Below are positions 55,218 to 64,000 of a DNA stretch of 64,000 nucleotides, one piece after another. A model generated the notes under the pieces. That model worked only from the letters and a program-made list of their open reading frames with translations. It was not told where the DNA came from and did not search any database. Made by a program: the position numbers and the translations under genes. Origin of the DNA: Chloroflexota bacterium (GTDB lineage Bacteria; Chloroflexota; Chloroflexia; QHBQ01); NCBI GenBank assembly GCA_043754535.1, contig JAYUUN010000128.1, forward strand, positions 45,100-109,099, written 5' to 3'. The first letter of the stretch is position 1. Every line of letters starts with the position of its first letter.

Positions 55218-55259
55218 GTCCTTACCCAACCCCAAAGACTGGCAGATAACGCACGAATG

Positions 55260-55268
55260 TGCTATAAT
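55260..55268 (+). promoter_or_regulatory. extended -10 promoter element (TGcTATAAT) of uvrB
   Basis: tgctataat at 55260-55268, 50 nt upstream of ATG 55318. Confidence 0.55.
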
Positions 55269-55317
55269 ATAGTCTGCGAACAGTGCCTCATTTAGCGATA
55301 CAGAGGGGAAAGTGACG

Positions 55318-57318
55318 ATGCCAGAGCTAAAGGTCATCTCCGATCTACAGCCTCGCGGCGACCAGCCGAAGGCGATTGAGCAGCTTGTCCAGGGCTTGCA
55401 GAGCGGGCAGCGCGGCCAGACCTTGCTGGGTGTGACCGGCAGCGGCAAGACGCGCACGATGGCAGCGGTGATCGAGGCGATGCAGCGGCCCGCCCTGATC
55501 CTCTCGCCCAACAAGACGCTAGCCGCCCAACTCTATGCCGAGTTCAAGGAGTTCTTCCCCAACAACGCGGTTGAATACTTCGTCAGCTACTACGACTACT
55601 ACCAGCCCGAAGCCTACATCCCGCGCACCGACACCTTCATTGAGAAGGACTCGGATATCAACGAGGAGATCGACAAGCTCCGTCACGCCGCCACCCGCGC
55701 CTTGTTCGAGCGCAAGGACGTGATCATCGTCGCTAGCGTCTCTTGCATCTACGGCCTCGGCTCACCAGAGGAGTACGGCAAGGTGGTAGTTTCGCTCCAG
55801 AAGGGCCAGGCTGTGCGCCGCCACCGTCTACTGCGCCACCTGATCGACATCCAGTACGATCGCAACGACATGGAGTTCAAGCGCGGCACCTTCCGCGTAC
55901 GCGGGGACACCCTGGAGGTCTACCCGGCCTACGAGGAACTAGGCATCCGCATCGAGTTCTTCGGCGACGAGATCGACCGCATCACCGACTTCGATCCGCT
56001 CACTGGCGAGGTGCTGGTTGAGCGCAACAAGATTGACATCTACCCGGCCAAGCACTTCATCACTACCCAAGAGAAGCTAGAACTGGCAGTAGTAGACATC
56101 ATCGCCGAGATGGAGGAGCGGGTCAAGGAGTTCGAGCGCGAGGGCAAGCTGATCGAGGCCCAGCGCATCCGCCAGCGCGTGATGTACGACGTGGAGATGT
56201 TGCAGGAGACTGGCTACTGCTCTGGAGTGGAGAACTACACCCGCCACCTTGGTCGCCGCGACGCGGGCGAGACCCCCTGGACGCTGATGGACTACTTCCC
56301 TGACGACTTCATCCTGTTCATTGACGAGTCGCACATTGCGGTGCCACAGATCGGCGGCATGAGTGGGGGCGACCGTTCGCGCAAGCAAGTGCTGGTCGAA
56401 TACGGCTTCCGCCTGCCCAGCGCAATGGACAACCGCCCGCTCACCTATGAGGAGTTTGACAAGCACCTCAACCAGATCGTCTACGTCAGCGCGACCCCCC
56501 GCGAGTTCGAGTTCAAGAACAGCCAGCAGGTGGTGGAGCAGATCATCCGCCCCACCGGGCTGCTTGACCCCACGATCACGGTGCGCCCAACCAAAGGGCA
56601 GGTAGATGACCTGCTCGGCGAAATCAAGCAGCGAGTGCAAAACGGTCAACGCGCTCTGGTCACCACTCTGACCAAGAAGATGGCCGAAGACCTGGCCGAC
56701 TATCTTAAAGAGATGGGGGTCAAGACCCAGTACTTGCACAGCGACATTGAGACCCTGGAACGGATCGAGATTCTGCGCGACCTGCGCCTCGGCGTGTTCG
56801 ACGTGGTGGTGGGCATCAACCTACTGCGCGAGGGGCTAGACCTGCCCGAAGTGTCGCTGGTCGCTATCCTGGACGCGGACAAGGAGGGCTACTTGCGCTC
56901 CCGCGACTCGCTGGTGCAAACCATAGGCAGGGCAGCCCGCCACGTCGAAGGTTCGGTGCTGATGTACGCCGACCGCATGACCGACTCGATGAAGGCGGCG
57001 ATTGACGAGACCTACCGCCGTCGGGCGATCCAGATGCAGCACAATGAGGAGCATGGCATTGAGCCAATGACCATTGTCAAGAGCATCCGTGACATCACCC
57101 AGCGCATGAAGGTAGCCGAGGAGAAGGCGGCCTACAACATCTCCAGTGGCGCAACTATCTCCCCTGGCGAACTGGCGATCCCCCGCGACGAGATCACCCG
57201 CCTGATCAAGGACATGGAGGTGCAGATGAAGACGGCAGCCAAGCAGCTAGAGTTCGAGAAGGCGGCCTTGCTGCGCGATCAGGTGATCGAACTGCGCCGC
57301 ACCTTGGAAGTGATGTAG
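55318..57318 (+). CDS. uvrB: excinuclease ABC subunit B
   Basis: PRGDQPKAI, Walker [13 protein letters not shown] box, and C-terminal UVR domain [17 protein letters not shown]. Confidence 0.97.
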   Translation: MPELKVISDLQPRGDQPKAIEQLVQGLQSGQRGQTLLGVTGSGKTRTMAAVIEAMQRPALILSPNKTLAAQLYAEFKEFFPNNAVEYFVSYYDYYQPEAYIPRTDTFIEKDSDINEEIDKLRHAATRALFERKDVIIVASVSCIYGLGSPEEYGKVVVSLQKGQAVRRHRLLRHLIDIQYDRNDMEFKRGTFRVRGDTLEVYPAYEELGIRIEFFGDEIDRITDFDPLTGEVLVERNKIDIYPAKHFITTQEKLELAVVDIIAEMEERVKEFEREGKLIEAQRIRQRVMYDVEMLQETGYCSGVENYTRHLGRRDAGETPWTLMDYFPDDFILFIDESHIAVPQIGGMSGGDRSRKQVLVEYGFRLPSAMDNRPLTYEEFDKHLNQIVYVSATPREFEFKNSQQVVEQIIRPTGLLDPTITVRPTKGQVDDLLGEIKQRVQNGQRALVTTLTKKMAEDLADYLKEMGVKTQYLHSDIETLERIEILRDLRLGVFDVVVGINLLREGLDLPEVSLVAILDADKEGYLRSRDSLVQTIGRAARHVEGSVLMYADRMTDSMKAAIDETYRRRAIQMQHNEEHGIEPMTIVKSIRDITQRMKVAEEKAAYNISSGATISPGELAIPRDEITRLIKDMEVQMKTAAKQLEFEKAALLRDQVIELRRTLEVM

Positions 57319-57391
57319 CAGAAGGCAAAGCAGGGTTAGTGGGGGTGCAGGGCCGACCAGCTTTGCACCACCGCCCACGCTTTGCTCGTCC

Positions 57392-57886
57392 TCAGTTCTT
57401 GCGCCAGCGCAGGTCGTACTCGTCGGCAGCTAGTTCGAGGCTGTTGGGGACAATCCGCAGGTACAGTGCCTGGCGGGGGGAGAGGTAGCCGAGCAGCCAG
57501 CGGTCATAGCCACTGGGGTCCAGGCTGGGGTCGGGTAGTGCCTCTGCCGCTTCTAGGGGATATGCCAAACGGCGACTCTCTACCGACTCGCCAGCAAGGA
57601 TCAACCGCACGCTCAGGCTCTCATCTTCACCCGCAAGCACTGGCGGTGCATCTTCATCTGCCGCCCACTCCTCGGTCACAGCAGAAGGGTCGCGCTCAAA
57701 GTCGGCCATGAAGTGCAGTTCGCCACTGATGTCGTCGGGGTCATAGGCAAGCACGATAGCCGGGCGGGCCAGCCAGATACGCATCGCTTCCTCGCTGCGG
57801 TTGGCCCCAGCCCCCGCCGCAAGTGAGATGTTGATGAAGAACGCCAACAGAGCAGCGGCAAAAGCCTGGCGAATACGGTCGGTCAT
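57392..57886 (-). CDS. secreted hypothetical protein
   Basis: Signal-like N-terminus AFAAALLAFFINISLAAGAGA and an acidic mature part. No recognisable motif. Confidence 0.45.
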   Translation of the reverse strand: MTDRIRQAFAAALLAFFINISLAAGAGANRSEEAMRIWLARPAIVLAYDPDDISGELHFMADFERDPSAVTEEWAADEDAPPVLAGEDESLSVRLILAGESVESRRLAYPLEAAEALPDPSLDPSGYDRWLLGYLSPRQALYLRIVPNSLELAADEYDLRWRKN

Positions 57887-58034
57887 ATGCCCTCAATCCA
57901 GCGGGGAACTTCACTGTCCTCTACCCCCATTGTACAGCACCCCAGTGCAAGTGACAAGCCTGGTGGGGCGGCTGGCAAGGTTGGGGGAAGCATTCTGCCA
58001 ACGGCACCCTTACTCCTTTTGGCCTACTTCCAGC

Positions 58035-58063
58035 TTGACGCAAGGGGTTGGGCTGCTTATAAT
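58035..58063 (+). promoter_or_regulatory. near-consensus sigma-70 promoter (TTGACG-17 nt-TATAAT)
   Basis: ttgacg at 58035-58040 and tataat at 58058-58063, 45 nt upstream of ATG 58108. Confidence 0.75.
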
Positions 58064-58107
58064 TGCAAGTGATGCGATAAACGTTACAGATGCGAGGCGG
58101 TGCCGAG

Positions 58108-61100
58108 ATGAAGTGCAGCAATTGTAGCTTTAACAATCCTGGGGGGATGAAGTTTTGTGGCGAGTGCGGTTCTGCCTTGCCGCTACCAGAGCCAGAAGCG
58201 GTCGCCTGTGCCACCTGCGGCTTTGGCAATCGGCCCAGCAGTCGCTACTGTGGTGAGTGCGGCACACGGCTGCCCGCGCTGACCGGCCCCATCCGCAGCT
58301 TCGCCGCCCAATACAATGTGGTGGAGGAGCCGCCCACCCCACGCTTCAGCAGTGACACTCCCCGCCGCAGCGAGGACGAGCGCAAGATAGTGACGATCAT
58401 CTTCGGCGATATTGCGGGCTTTACCGCGATGGCCGAGCAACTTGACCCCGAAGAAGTCAAGCTGATCAGTGACAAGTGCCTGGACCTGCTGACCAAAGAA
58501 GTCCACCGCTATGACGGCAAGGTGGACAAGTACATGGGCGACAACATTATGGTGCTGTTTGGTGCGCCGACCAGCCACGAGGATGACCCAGAGCGGGCGG
58601 TGCGTTGTTCGCTGGAGATGCAACGCTCGATCAAGAGCCTGAGCGAAGAACTGAAGCACAAGCGCGGCTTTACCCTCGACCTGCATATTGGCATCAACAC
58701 AGGTGAGGTGATGGCTGGCATCATGGGCGGCAACCGCGAGCAGGATTATACTGTGATGGGCGACGCGGTCAACCTGGCCGCCCGCTTGCAGCACGCCGCC
58801 AATGTGGGCCACATCCTCGTTGGCGAGACGACAGCGCGGGCTACCCTGGATATTATCGAGTACCGAGAACTACCGCCGATGAGCGTGCGTGGCAAGGCCC
58901 AACCAGTGCCAGTCTGGGATGTGATCGGGGTCAAAGCGCGCCGCAACGAGAAGCGGCAAATCAGCGGTCTGGAAGCCCCTATGCAAGGCCGCGACACTCT
59001 TTTCTCCACGATCAAGCTGGTCTACCACGCGGTTGAGCGCGAGCGGAAGGCTAACCTGGCTCTGGTCTACGGGGCTGCTGGGGTTGGCAAGTCGCGCTTC
59101 CTCTACGAGTTCGAGAAGTACCTGGACGGCCTGCCAGAGCAGGTCTACTACCTCAAAGGTCGTTGCCTGCCTTACGGCAGTGGCAACACCTATGCCGCCT
59201 TCGGTGAGATGATCAAGAAGGATTGCGGCATCCTGGACGACGACAGTGGCGTAGAGGCCAATCGCAAGCTGAACGAGCAGGTGACGCGCCTCTACCGCGA
59301 GGTGGGCGACCAAGACGAGAAGGCCACCCTACAAGAGATCGCCGCCGTCAGCGACCGCCTCGGCTTCCTCCTCAGCCTGGAAGAAGCAGAGAACCCGCTC
59401 AACCGCATCGGTGGCGACAACCGCCGCGACGAAATCTTCTGGGGTCTCCGTCGCTACTTTGAGCGAAAGGCTGCCCTTGCCCCGCTCGTGTTGGCAGTAG
59501 AAGACATCCACTGGGCGCGCCCCAGTCTGCTCGACTTCCTCGATCACCTGCTGACTACCGCGCAGGGGGTGCCGATCCTGGTCGTCGCCATTGCTCGACC
59601 AGAGTTGGTAGAGGGCCATGGAGAGGTGCAAGAGGCACAGGCCCGACGCGTCTGGGCCGAGCGGGTGCAGAACAGCTACCCCACTCTCGTTCTCACCCCC
59701 CTCGACGAGGCGGATAGCGCGGCGGTGCTGACCGAACTAAGCCAGAGTGCGGGTCTACCCACCCTGCCTGACCATCTGCACGATCACATCCTGGCAGCAG
59801 CCGAAGGCAACCCACTCTACATTGAGGAGACGGTGCGAATGCTGGTGGACAGCGGCATTGGCGGTGGGCGGTCGGTCAACCTGGCGGATGTGCGGGTGCC
59901 GGATACGATCCAGGCGTTGATCGGGGCGCGCATCGATGGGTTGGAGGCGGGGGCCAAGCGCACCTTGCAGGCGGCAGCAGTGGTTGGCCGCATCTTCTGG
60001 CGCGGGGCTGTTGAACACCTCTACCAACCTGATGCAGGGACGACGACCGAGGCGACCTTGCGGAGCTTGCAGGAGCGCGAGTTCATTGTCGAGCGGTTGG
60101 GCGGCAGCCGCTTTGCGGGCGAACGCGAGTTCAGCTTCCGCAGCACCCTGGCGCGGGATGTTGCCTACAACAGCTTGCCGAAGGCCCGCCGCTTCAAGGA
60201 GCATGAAGTGATGGCGGGCTGGATCGCGGCGACGGCGAAGGGGCGGGTAGCCGAGTTCAGCGACCTGATCGGCTACCACTACGAGCAGGCGGCCCGCCTG
60301 GAGCGCGAGGTGTTGAGCCTGGCAGCGGGGGCGAGCGGCAACAGCGACACGGCCAAGCACGCGATCACCTACCTGCGCACGGCGGGCGACCGCGAGCGTA
60401 GCCGCCAGAACATCAGCACTGCTGCTGACCTCTACAACCGCGCCCTCGACCTGATCCGCCTGAGCGGGGTGCCGCTGGCCCAAGAATACATCGAACTGCT
60501 CTGCTCCCACGCCACCATGCTTGAGGTGCAGGCTCGCTACGCGCAGGCGTTGACCGAACTTGGCGAGGCGGCCACCCTGGCGGCCCAGCAGAACGATCAC
60601 AGCAACCGTGCCTGCGCCTTGACCCAGATGGCTGGGGTCTATACCCGCCAGAGCCGCCTTGAGCAGGCCCGCGAGTTGGCCGAAGAAGCTCTGGCCCTCT
60701 ATCAGGCAGCGAAAGACAGCAAGGGCGAAGCGGACGTGCTGGCCGTCCTCGGCGAGATCGCACTGGCTAGTGACCAGACGGCGAAGGCCCAAACCTACTT
60801 CCGCAAGCTCTACACCACCTGCTCAGCCCTCGAAGACCTCAGTGGGCAGGCCCGCGCCTTGTTCCAGCTTGGCAAGATTTGCAGTCAGCGTGACGAGTTT
60901 AAGGAGGCGATCTGGTTCTTGCAAGAGGCGCAGGCTCTCTATACCGGCCTCGGAGACAAGCGTGGCTCGGCCTACTGCCTAGCCGAACTGGCGACTACCT
61001 ACGCGATCATCGGCCAGTTGCAGCGGGCTGAAGGCTACGACGAGCAGGCCCGCGACCTGATGCGGACGCTCGGCGACCGCCTCGGCGAAGCCCAGGTGTT

Positions 61101-61725
61101 GACCAGTCTCGGCCACGTCTACCTCTGGCAAGGTCGGCTAGATGAGGCGGAGCGGGTCGGCCAGAACAGCGTACGCTTGAGTACGGAGTTGGGTTCGCGC
61201 CGCCAGCAGGTAGCCGCCCTTACCCTGCTCGGCAGCATCCACAGCGTGAAAGGTGACTTCGCGTTGGCGGCGGCCAGCTACCAGGAGGCTCTACAAGCAA
61301 GCACTCGCTTTGGCCTGGAGGGGATGCAAGCAGCGATCTTCTACGGTCTAGCTAGTACTGCTGTGGGGCAAGGTGCAGGAGTAGAGGCTCTCAGCTTCGC
61401 CGAAGATGGCCTGGCCCGCGTCGGTAGCGACGACCACTTCCTGCGGGCCACTCTCCTGCGGGTGTTGGGTCAGGTTCAGGCTAACCTTGCGGTCAAGGGC
61501 GCAGAGGCTAATATGCGCCACGCTCTCGAACTGCTTCAGGAGCGCGACTATCCCTACGAACTGGCAGCTAGCTATCGCGTGCTAGCCGACTATCTTGAGA
61601 CGCAGGGGCGCGAGAACGAGGCGAAGGTGCTGAGGCTACACGCCGACAGCGCAATTGCCGAGGCGCAGATGCAGGACGGCAGCGAAGCGATGACCCAGGT
61701 GCTACGCAGCGGTAGGCAAAGCTGA
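58108..61725 (+). CDS. double zinc-ribbon / class III adenylate-guanylate cyclase / AAA(STAND-like) ATPase / TPR multidomain protein
   Basis: Two zinc ribbons of the CxxC...CxxC type. Cyclase core VTIIFGDIAGFT...YMGDNIMVLFGAP...GINTGEV...MGDAVNLAARL. Walker A GAAGVGKS. The C-terminal ~450 aa are TPR-like repeats. Confidence 0.9.
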   Translation: MKCSNCSFNNPGGMKFCGECGSALPLPEPEAVACATCGFGNRPSSRYCGECGTRLPALTGPIRSFAAQYNVVEEPPTPRFSSDTPRRSEDERKIVTIIFGDIAGFTAMAEQLDPEEVKLISDKCLDLLTKEVHRYDGKVDKYMGDNIMVLFGAPTSHEDDPERAVRCSLEMQRSIKSLSEELKHKRGFTLDLHIGINTGEVMAGIMGGNREQDYTVMGDAVNLAARLQHAANVGHILVGETTARATLDIIEYRELPPMSVRGKAQPVPVWDVIGVKARRNEKRQISGLEAPMQGRDTLFSTIKLVYHAVERERKANLALVYGAAGVGKSRFLYEFEKYLDGLPEQVYYLKGRCLPYGSGNTYAAFGEMIKKDCGILDDDSGVEANRKLNEQVTRLYREVGDQDEKATLQEIAAVSDRLGFLLSLEEAENPLNRIGGDNRRDEIFWGLRRYFERKAALAPLVLAVEDIHWARPSLLDFLDHLLTTAQGVPILVVAIARPELVEGHGEVQEAQARRVWAERVQNSYPTLVLTPLDEADSAAVLTELSQSAGLPTLPDHLHDHILAAAEGNPLYIEETVRMLVDSGIGGGRSVNLADVRVPDTIQALIGARIDGLEAGAKRTLQAAAVVGRIFWRGAVEHLYQPDAGTTTEATLRSLQEREFIVERLGGSRFAGEREFSFRSTLARDVAYNSLPKARRFKEHEVMAGWIAATAKGRVAEFSDLIGYHYEQAARLEREVLSLAAGASGNSDTAKHAITYLRTAGDRERSRQNISTAADLYNRALDLIRLSGVPLAQEYIELLCSHATMLEVQARYAQALTELGEAATLAAQQNDHSNRACALTQMAGVYTRQSRLEQARELAEEALALYQAAKDSKGEADVLAVLGEIALASDQTAKAQTYFRKLYTTCSALEDLSGQARALFQLGKICSQRDEFKEAIWFLQEAQALYTGLGDKRGSAYCLAELATTYAIIGQLQRAEGYDEQARDLMRTLGDRLGEAQVLTSLGHVYLWQGRLDEAERVGQNSVRLSTELGSRRQQVAALTLLGSIHSVKGDFALAAASYQEALQASTRFGLEGMQAAIFYGLASTAVGQGAGVEALSFAEDGLARVGSDDHFLRATLLRVLGQVQANLAVKGAEANMRHALELLQERDYPYELAASYRVLADYLETQGRENEAKVLRLHADSAIAEAQMQDGSEAMTQVLRSGRQS

Positions 61726-61727
61726 CC

Positions 61728-62330
61728 ATGCTGCAACTGGTCAACCCCGAAGCGGTGATCGACAGTGACCGCCTGCGCCTGGAGCCGCTCATCGCCCACC
61801 ATGCCGAAGCTCTCTATCCCTTGATGGGCGACCCAGAGATTTATCGCTACCAGAACGGCCTGCCAGCGAGCAGCCTCCGCCAGCTTGCCAACAAGTACCG
61901 TAGTTGGGAGCGGCGTACGGCACCCGACAGCAGCGAACTGTGGCTCAACTGGGCGATCCGCCTGCACGAGGGCGCGATAGTCGGCACCACCCAGGCCACG
62001 ATCTACAGTGGTTGGGTGGCAGAGCTTGCTTACACCCTGCCCACTCGCTACTGGGGCTTTGGCTACGCCACCGAAGCCTGCCACGCCATGATTGCCTTTC
62101 TCTGCGCCAACTATCCCCTCAGTCGGATTATTGCGCGGATCGACACCCGCAACACCCGCTCCATCGCCCTCGTCCGACGGCTCGGCTTCGTGCAGAGCGA
62201 CTACATCAAGGATGCCGAACTGATCCAGGGCGCGATGACCGACGAGGTGATCTACAGCCTGCCCTTCAGCCAGCCTGATGCCTGTGGCATGGATGATAAG
62301 GTAAAACAACCAGATGCACAGGCCACTTAA
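61728..62330 (+). CDS. GNAT-family N-acetyltransferase (RimJ/RimL-like)
   Basis: 200 aa. YWGFGYATEACHAMIAFL and NTRSIALVRRLGF motifs. Confidence 0.75.
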   Translation: MLQLVNPEAVIDSDRLRLEPLIAHHAEALYPLMGDPEIYRYQNGLPASSLRQLANKYRSWERRTAPDSSELWLNWAIRLHEGAIVGTTQATIYSGWVAELAYTLPTRYWGFGYATEACHAMIAFLCANYPLSRIIARIDTRNTRSIALVRRLGFVQSDYIKDAELIQGAMTDEVIYSLPFSQPDACGMDDKVKQPDAQAT

Positions 62331-62976
62331 ACTACCCGCTTTGGCTCTCCTGCTTGCCCTGCTGCTCGCCTGTGACGGCAGTCAGCCCCCAGTCCCAGCC
62401 ACCCCTGCCAGCGTGGACGCGGTTGGCGGTGGAGTGCCAACTGTCTACTACCGCTTCAACGACCCAACCCTCACCCCTGGCCTGGCCCATCACTGGTCGT
62501 TTGTCAGCAACCTGCCCGCAGGCACTACGATCTACGCTGGCGACTGGCGGTTGCTGGCGGGCGCGGGGATTTGCCAGCAGGGAGCGGCGGGAGCCATTGC
62601 TGTTGGCAGCGACCTCTACAGCGACTTCGACCTAACTGCTCGCGTGCGGCTCGGCACGGACGCACAGGCGGGCTTGCTCTTTCGCGCCCAGGATCGCAAC
62701 AACTACTTCCTCTACACGGTGGACAGCCGCCTCCAGTACTCCAGCCTCTACCTCTACGCTAGCAGCAAACTCAGCCCCACCAAGCAGGCGGTGACGCAGG
62801 TGCAGACGGGCCAGTGGCGAACATTGCGCGTGATAGTGCGCGGCCAAATCCTGCGTGGCTACCTGGACGGTGAACTGCTGGTGGAAACCAGCGATACTGC
62901 CTACTTCGCAGGCGGCCTGGGCCTCTGGGCGCAGGGGAGTGCGTGCTTCGACAGCGTAGCGGTGGAATTGCTATAA
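62314..62976 (+). CDS. lipoprotein with concanavalin/LamG-like (DUF1080-like) domain
   Basis: Lipobox LLLACDGS. Pattern YSDFDLTARVRL...GLLFRAQDRNNYFLY...LRGYLDGELL. The start overlaps the GNAT 3' end by 17 nt. Confidence 0.6.
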   Translation: MHRPLKLPALALLLALLLACDGSQPPVPATPASVDAVGGGVPTVYYRFNDPTLTPGLAHHWSFVSNLPAGTTIYAGDWRLLAGAGICQQGAAGAIAVGSDLYSDFDLTARVRLGTDAQAGLLFRAQDRNNYFLYTVDSRLQYSSLYLYASSKLSPTKQAVTQVQTGQWRTLRVIVRGQILRGYLDGELLVETSDTAYFAGGLGLWAQGSACFDSVAVELL

Positions 62977-62983
62977 TAGCGAC

Positions 62984-63538
62984 ATGAACGACAAGATGAA
63001 CGACAAGCAGAAGCGCGCTCAACTGGACGAACTGCTGGCCGCCATCTCGCCCGCCAGCCTGATCGAAGCCCTGCTCTTTGTCAGCAGCGAGCCGTTGACG
63101 GTGGCAGCCATCGCTGCCTCGCTCGGCCTCACTGGTCAGGAGGTGGAGGATGCCCTCTATGGCCTGCAAGACGAGCTAGCTACCCGCCATCGTGGGCTGC
63201 GCCTGCTGCGTCATGGCGACAGCGTGCAGATGACCAGCGCACCCCAGGCGGCAGCGGTGATCGAGCGGCTGACGGGAGCGCAGGCGCAGAGCCGCATGAG
63301 CGATCCAGCGTTGGAGACCCTGGCCCTGGTCGCCTACCGCCAGCCGGTTACGCGGGCGGGATTGGAGGCCGTGCGCGGGGTGGATTGTGGCGGGGTAGTC
63401 AATACCCTGCTGGCACGTGGGCTGATTGAGGAGGTCGGCAGGCAGGAAAGCGTGGGCCGCCCCATCCTCTACGGCACCACCGCCGCCTTCCTACGCCACT
63501 TCGGCCTCGGCGGTCTAGACGAACTACCTGAACTCTAG
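62984..63538 (+). CDS. scpB: segregation and condensation protein B
   Basis: EALLFVSSEPLTV, LETLALVAYRQPVTRAGLEAVRGV, GRPILYGTT. No scpA gene immediately upstream. Confidence 0.9.
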   Translation: MNDKMNDKQKRAQLDELLAAISPASLIEALLFVSSEPLTVAAIAASLGLTGQEVEDALYGLQDELATRHRGLRLLRHGDSVQMTSAPQAAAVIERLTGAQAQSRMSDPALETLALVAYRQPVTRAGLEAVRGVDCGGVVNTLLARGLIEEVGRQESVGRPILYGTTAAFLRHFGLGGLDELPEL

Positions 63539-63639
63539 CGGCGAAGACGCACAGGGCGCGGAACGTGCTTAGCAGCTTGTAGCTATGGCAGCAAGGCGGG
63601 GGTAGCATCCCCAGCCACTCAACCACAGGAGGAGGGACT

Positions 63640-64000
63640 ATGAAGCTACAGGGTAAGATCGCGCTGGTCACGGGCTCAGGGACAGGGATCGGGGCGGCTA
63701 TCGCCCTACGGCTGGCTCAGGAGGGCGCGCAGGTGGTGATCAACTACCGCAAGTCCGCTGGCCCAGCCGAACAGGTAGCCCAGCAATGCCAGACGGCAGG
63801 CGGTCCGGATGCGGCGATCACAGTGCAGGGCGACATCAGCGTGGTTGCGGACTGCTACAAGATCGTGCAGGCGGCAATTGAGAAGTATGGGCGGCTAGAC
63901 ATCTTGATCAACAACGCAGGGATCGAGTTTAAGGATGAAGCTTTGTCGGATGTGAGCGAGGCACACTGGGATGCGGTGATCAACACCAACCTGAAGGGCG
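63640..64000 (+). CDS. short-chain dehydrogenase/reductase, 3' end cut by window edge (paralog of 6506..7315)
   Basis: Not in the ORF track. My own translation from ATG 63640 (after AGGAGGAGGG) reads MKLQGKIALVTGSGTGIGAAIALRLAQEGAQVVINYR...ILINNAGIE...NTNLKG. Confidence 0.8.
   Translation, partial: MKLQGKIALVTGSGTGIGAAIALRLAQEGAQVVINYRKSAGPAEQVAQQCQTAGGPDAAITVQGDISVVADCYKIVQAAIEKYGRLDILINNAGIEFKDEALSDVSEAHWDAVINTNLKG

Noticed and set aside
55218-55317. SOS (LexA) operator upstream of uvrB
   Set aside because: The only candidate (gcGAACagtgCCTC at about 55277-55290) lacks the second half-site of a GAAC-N4-GTTC palindrome. No other palindrome is seen.
59755-60792. 345-aa minus-strand ORF inside the cyclase/STAND gene
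   Set aside because: Shadow ORF (Arg/Gly/Ala-rich, no RBS) opposite a continuous 1205-codon gene with recognisable domains.
1-64000. Scan for CRISPR arrays, tRNA/rRNA genes, IS elements, reverse transcriptases and prophage genes
   Set aside because: No spaced direct repeats were found, and the only tandem repeats are in-frame coding linkers. I saw no GTTCGAATC-type T-arm sequences in intergenic DNA, no rRNA-like stretches, and no transposase, integrase, RT or capsid motifs in any listed ORF. This was a by-eye scan, so small or degenerate elements could have been missed.

Overview
High-GC bacterial chromosomal window. Hand counts of individual 60-nt lines give about 60-65 % GC, with three clearly lower-GC islets. 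There are about 60 protein genes, tightly packed, with many TTG/GTG starts and overlapping stop/start junctions. I found no rRNA, tRNA, CRISPR array, transposase or integrase. The Pro/Thr/Ala-rich linkers, a T-box leader outside the Firmicutes, and the gene repertoire suggest a Chloroflexota-like organism. That is inference only.

Main content, in order:
- aspA (5' truncated), a cyclase-family protein and a HAD hydrolase.
- A tandem pair of exported Rieske proteins, one fused to a DoxX/DoxD membrane domain.
- A translationally coupled operon: sulfite-oxidase-like Mo enzyme, Zn-ribbon membrane protein, SDR, rhodanese, TolB-like propeller.
- DUF711, then two RNA methyltransferases plus an orphan ABC ATPase.
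- ppdK, then a low-GC GmrSD-like DUF262/DUF1524 gene wedged directly in front of dnaG-rpoD.
- A small islet (membrane protein plus PRiA4_ORF3-like), HAD, Nudix and obg.
- An APH-family kinase gene broken by one in-frame TAG.
- A roughly 11-kb minus-strand aromatic supraoperon: class-V aminotransferase, trpE, trpG, trpD, 88-aa ORF, trpS, trpC, trpF, trpB, trpA, aroH, DAHP synthase. It is driven by a consensus promoter and an unannotated Trp-type T-box riboswitch.
- A divergent ABM-ALDH-hydroxyacid oxidase operon, then about 1 kb of poorly coding DNA.
- A hypothetical protein plus a membrane PLD, nadD, mscS-like, clpX (with an internal duplication in its zinc-binding domain), a DUF255 thioredoxin-like protein and uvrB.
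- A 1205-aa Zn-ribbon/cyclase/STAND/TPR protein, scpB, and a 3'-truncated SDR.

Nothing here is an unambiguous multi-gene novel system. The best candidates for follow-up are the GmrSD-like island, the DoxX-Rieske/Rieske pair, and the two unusual passengers of the T-box trp operon (the class-V aminotransferase and the 88-aa ORF).
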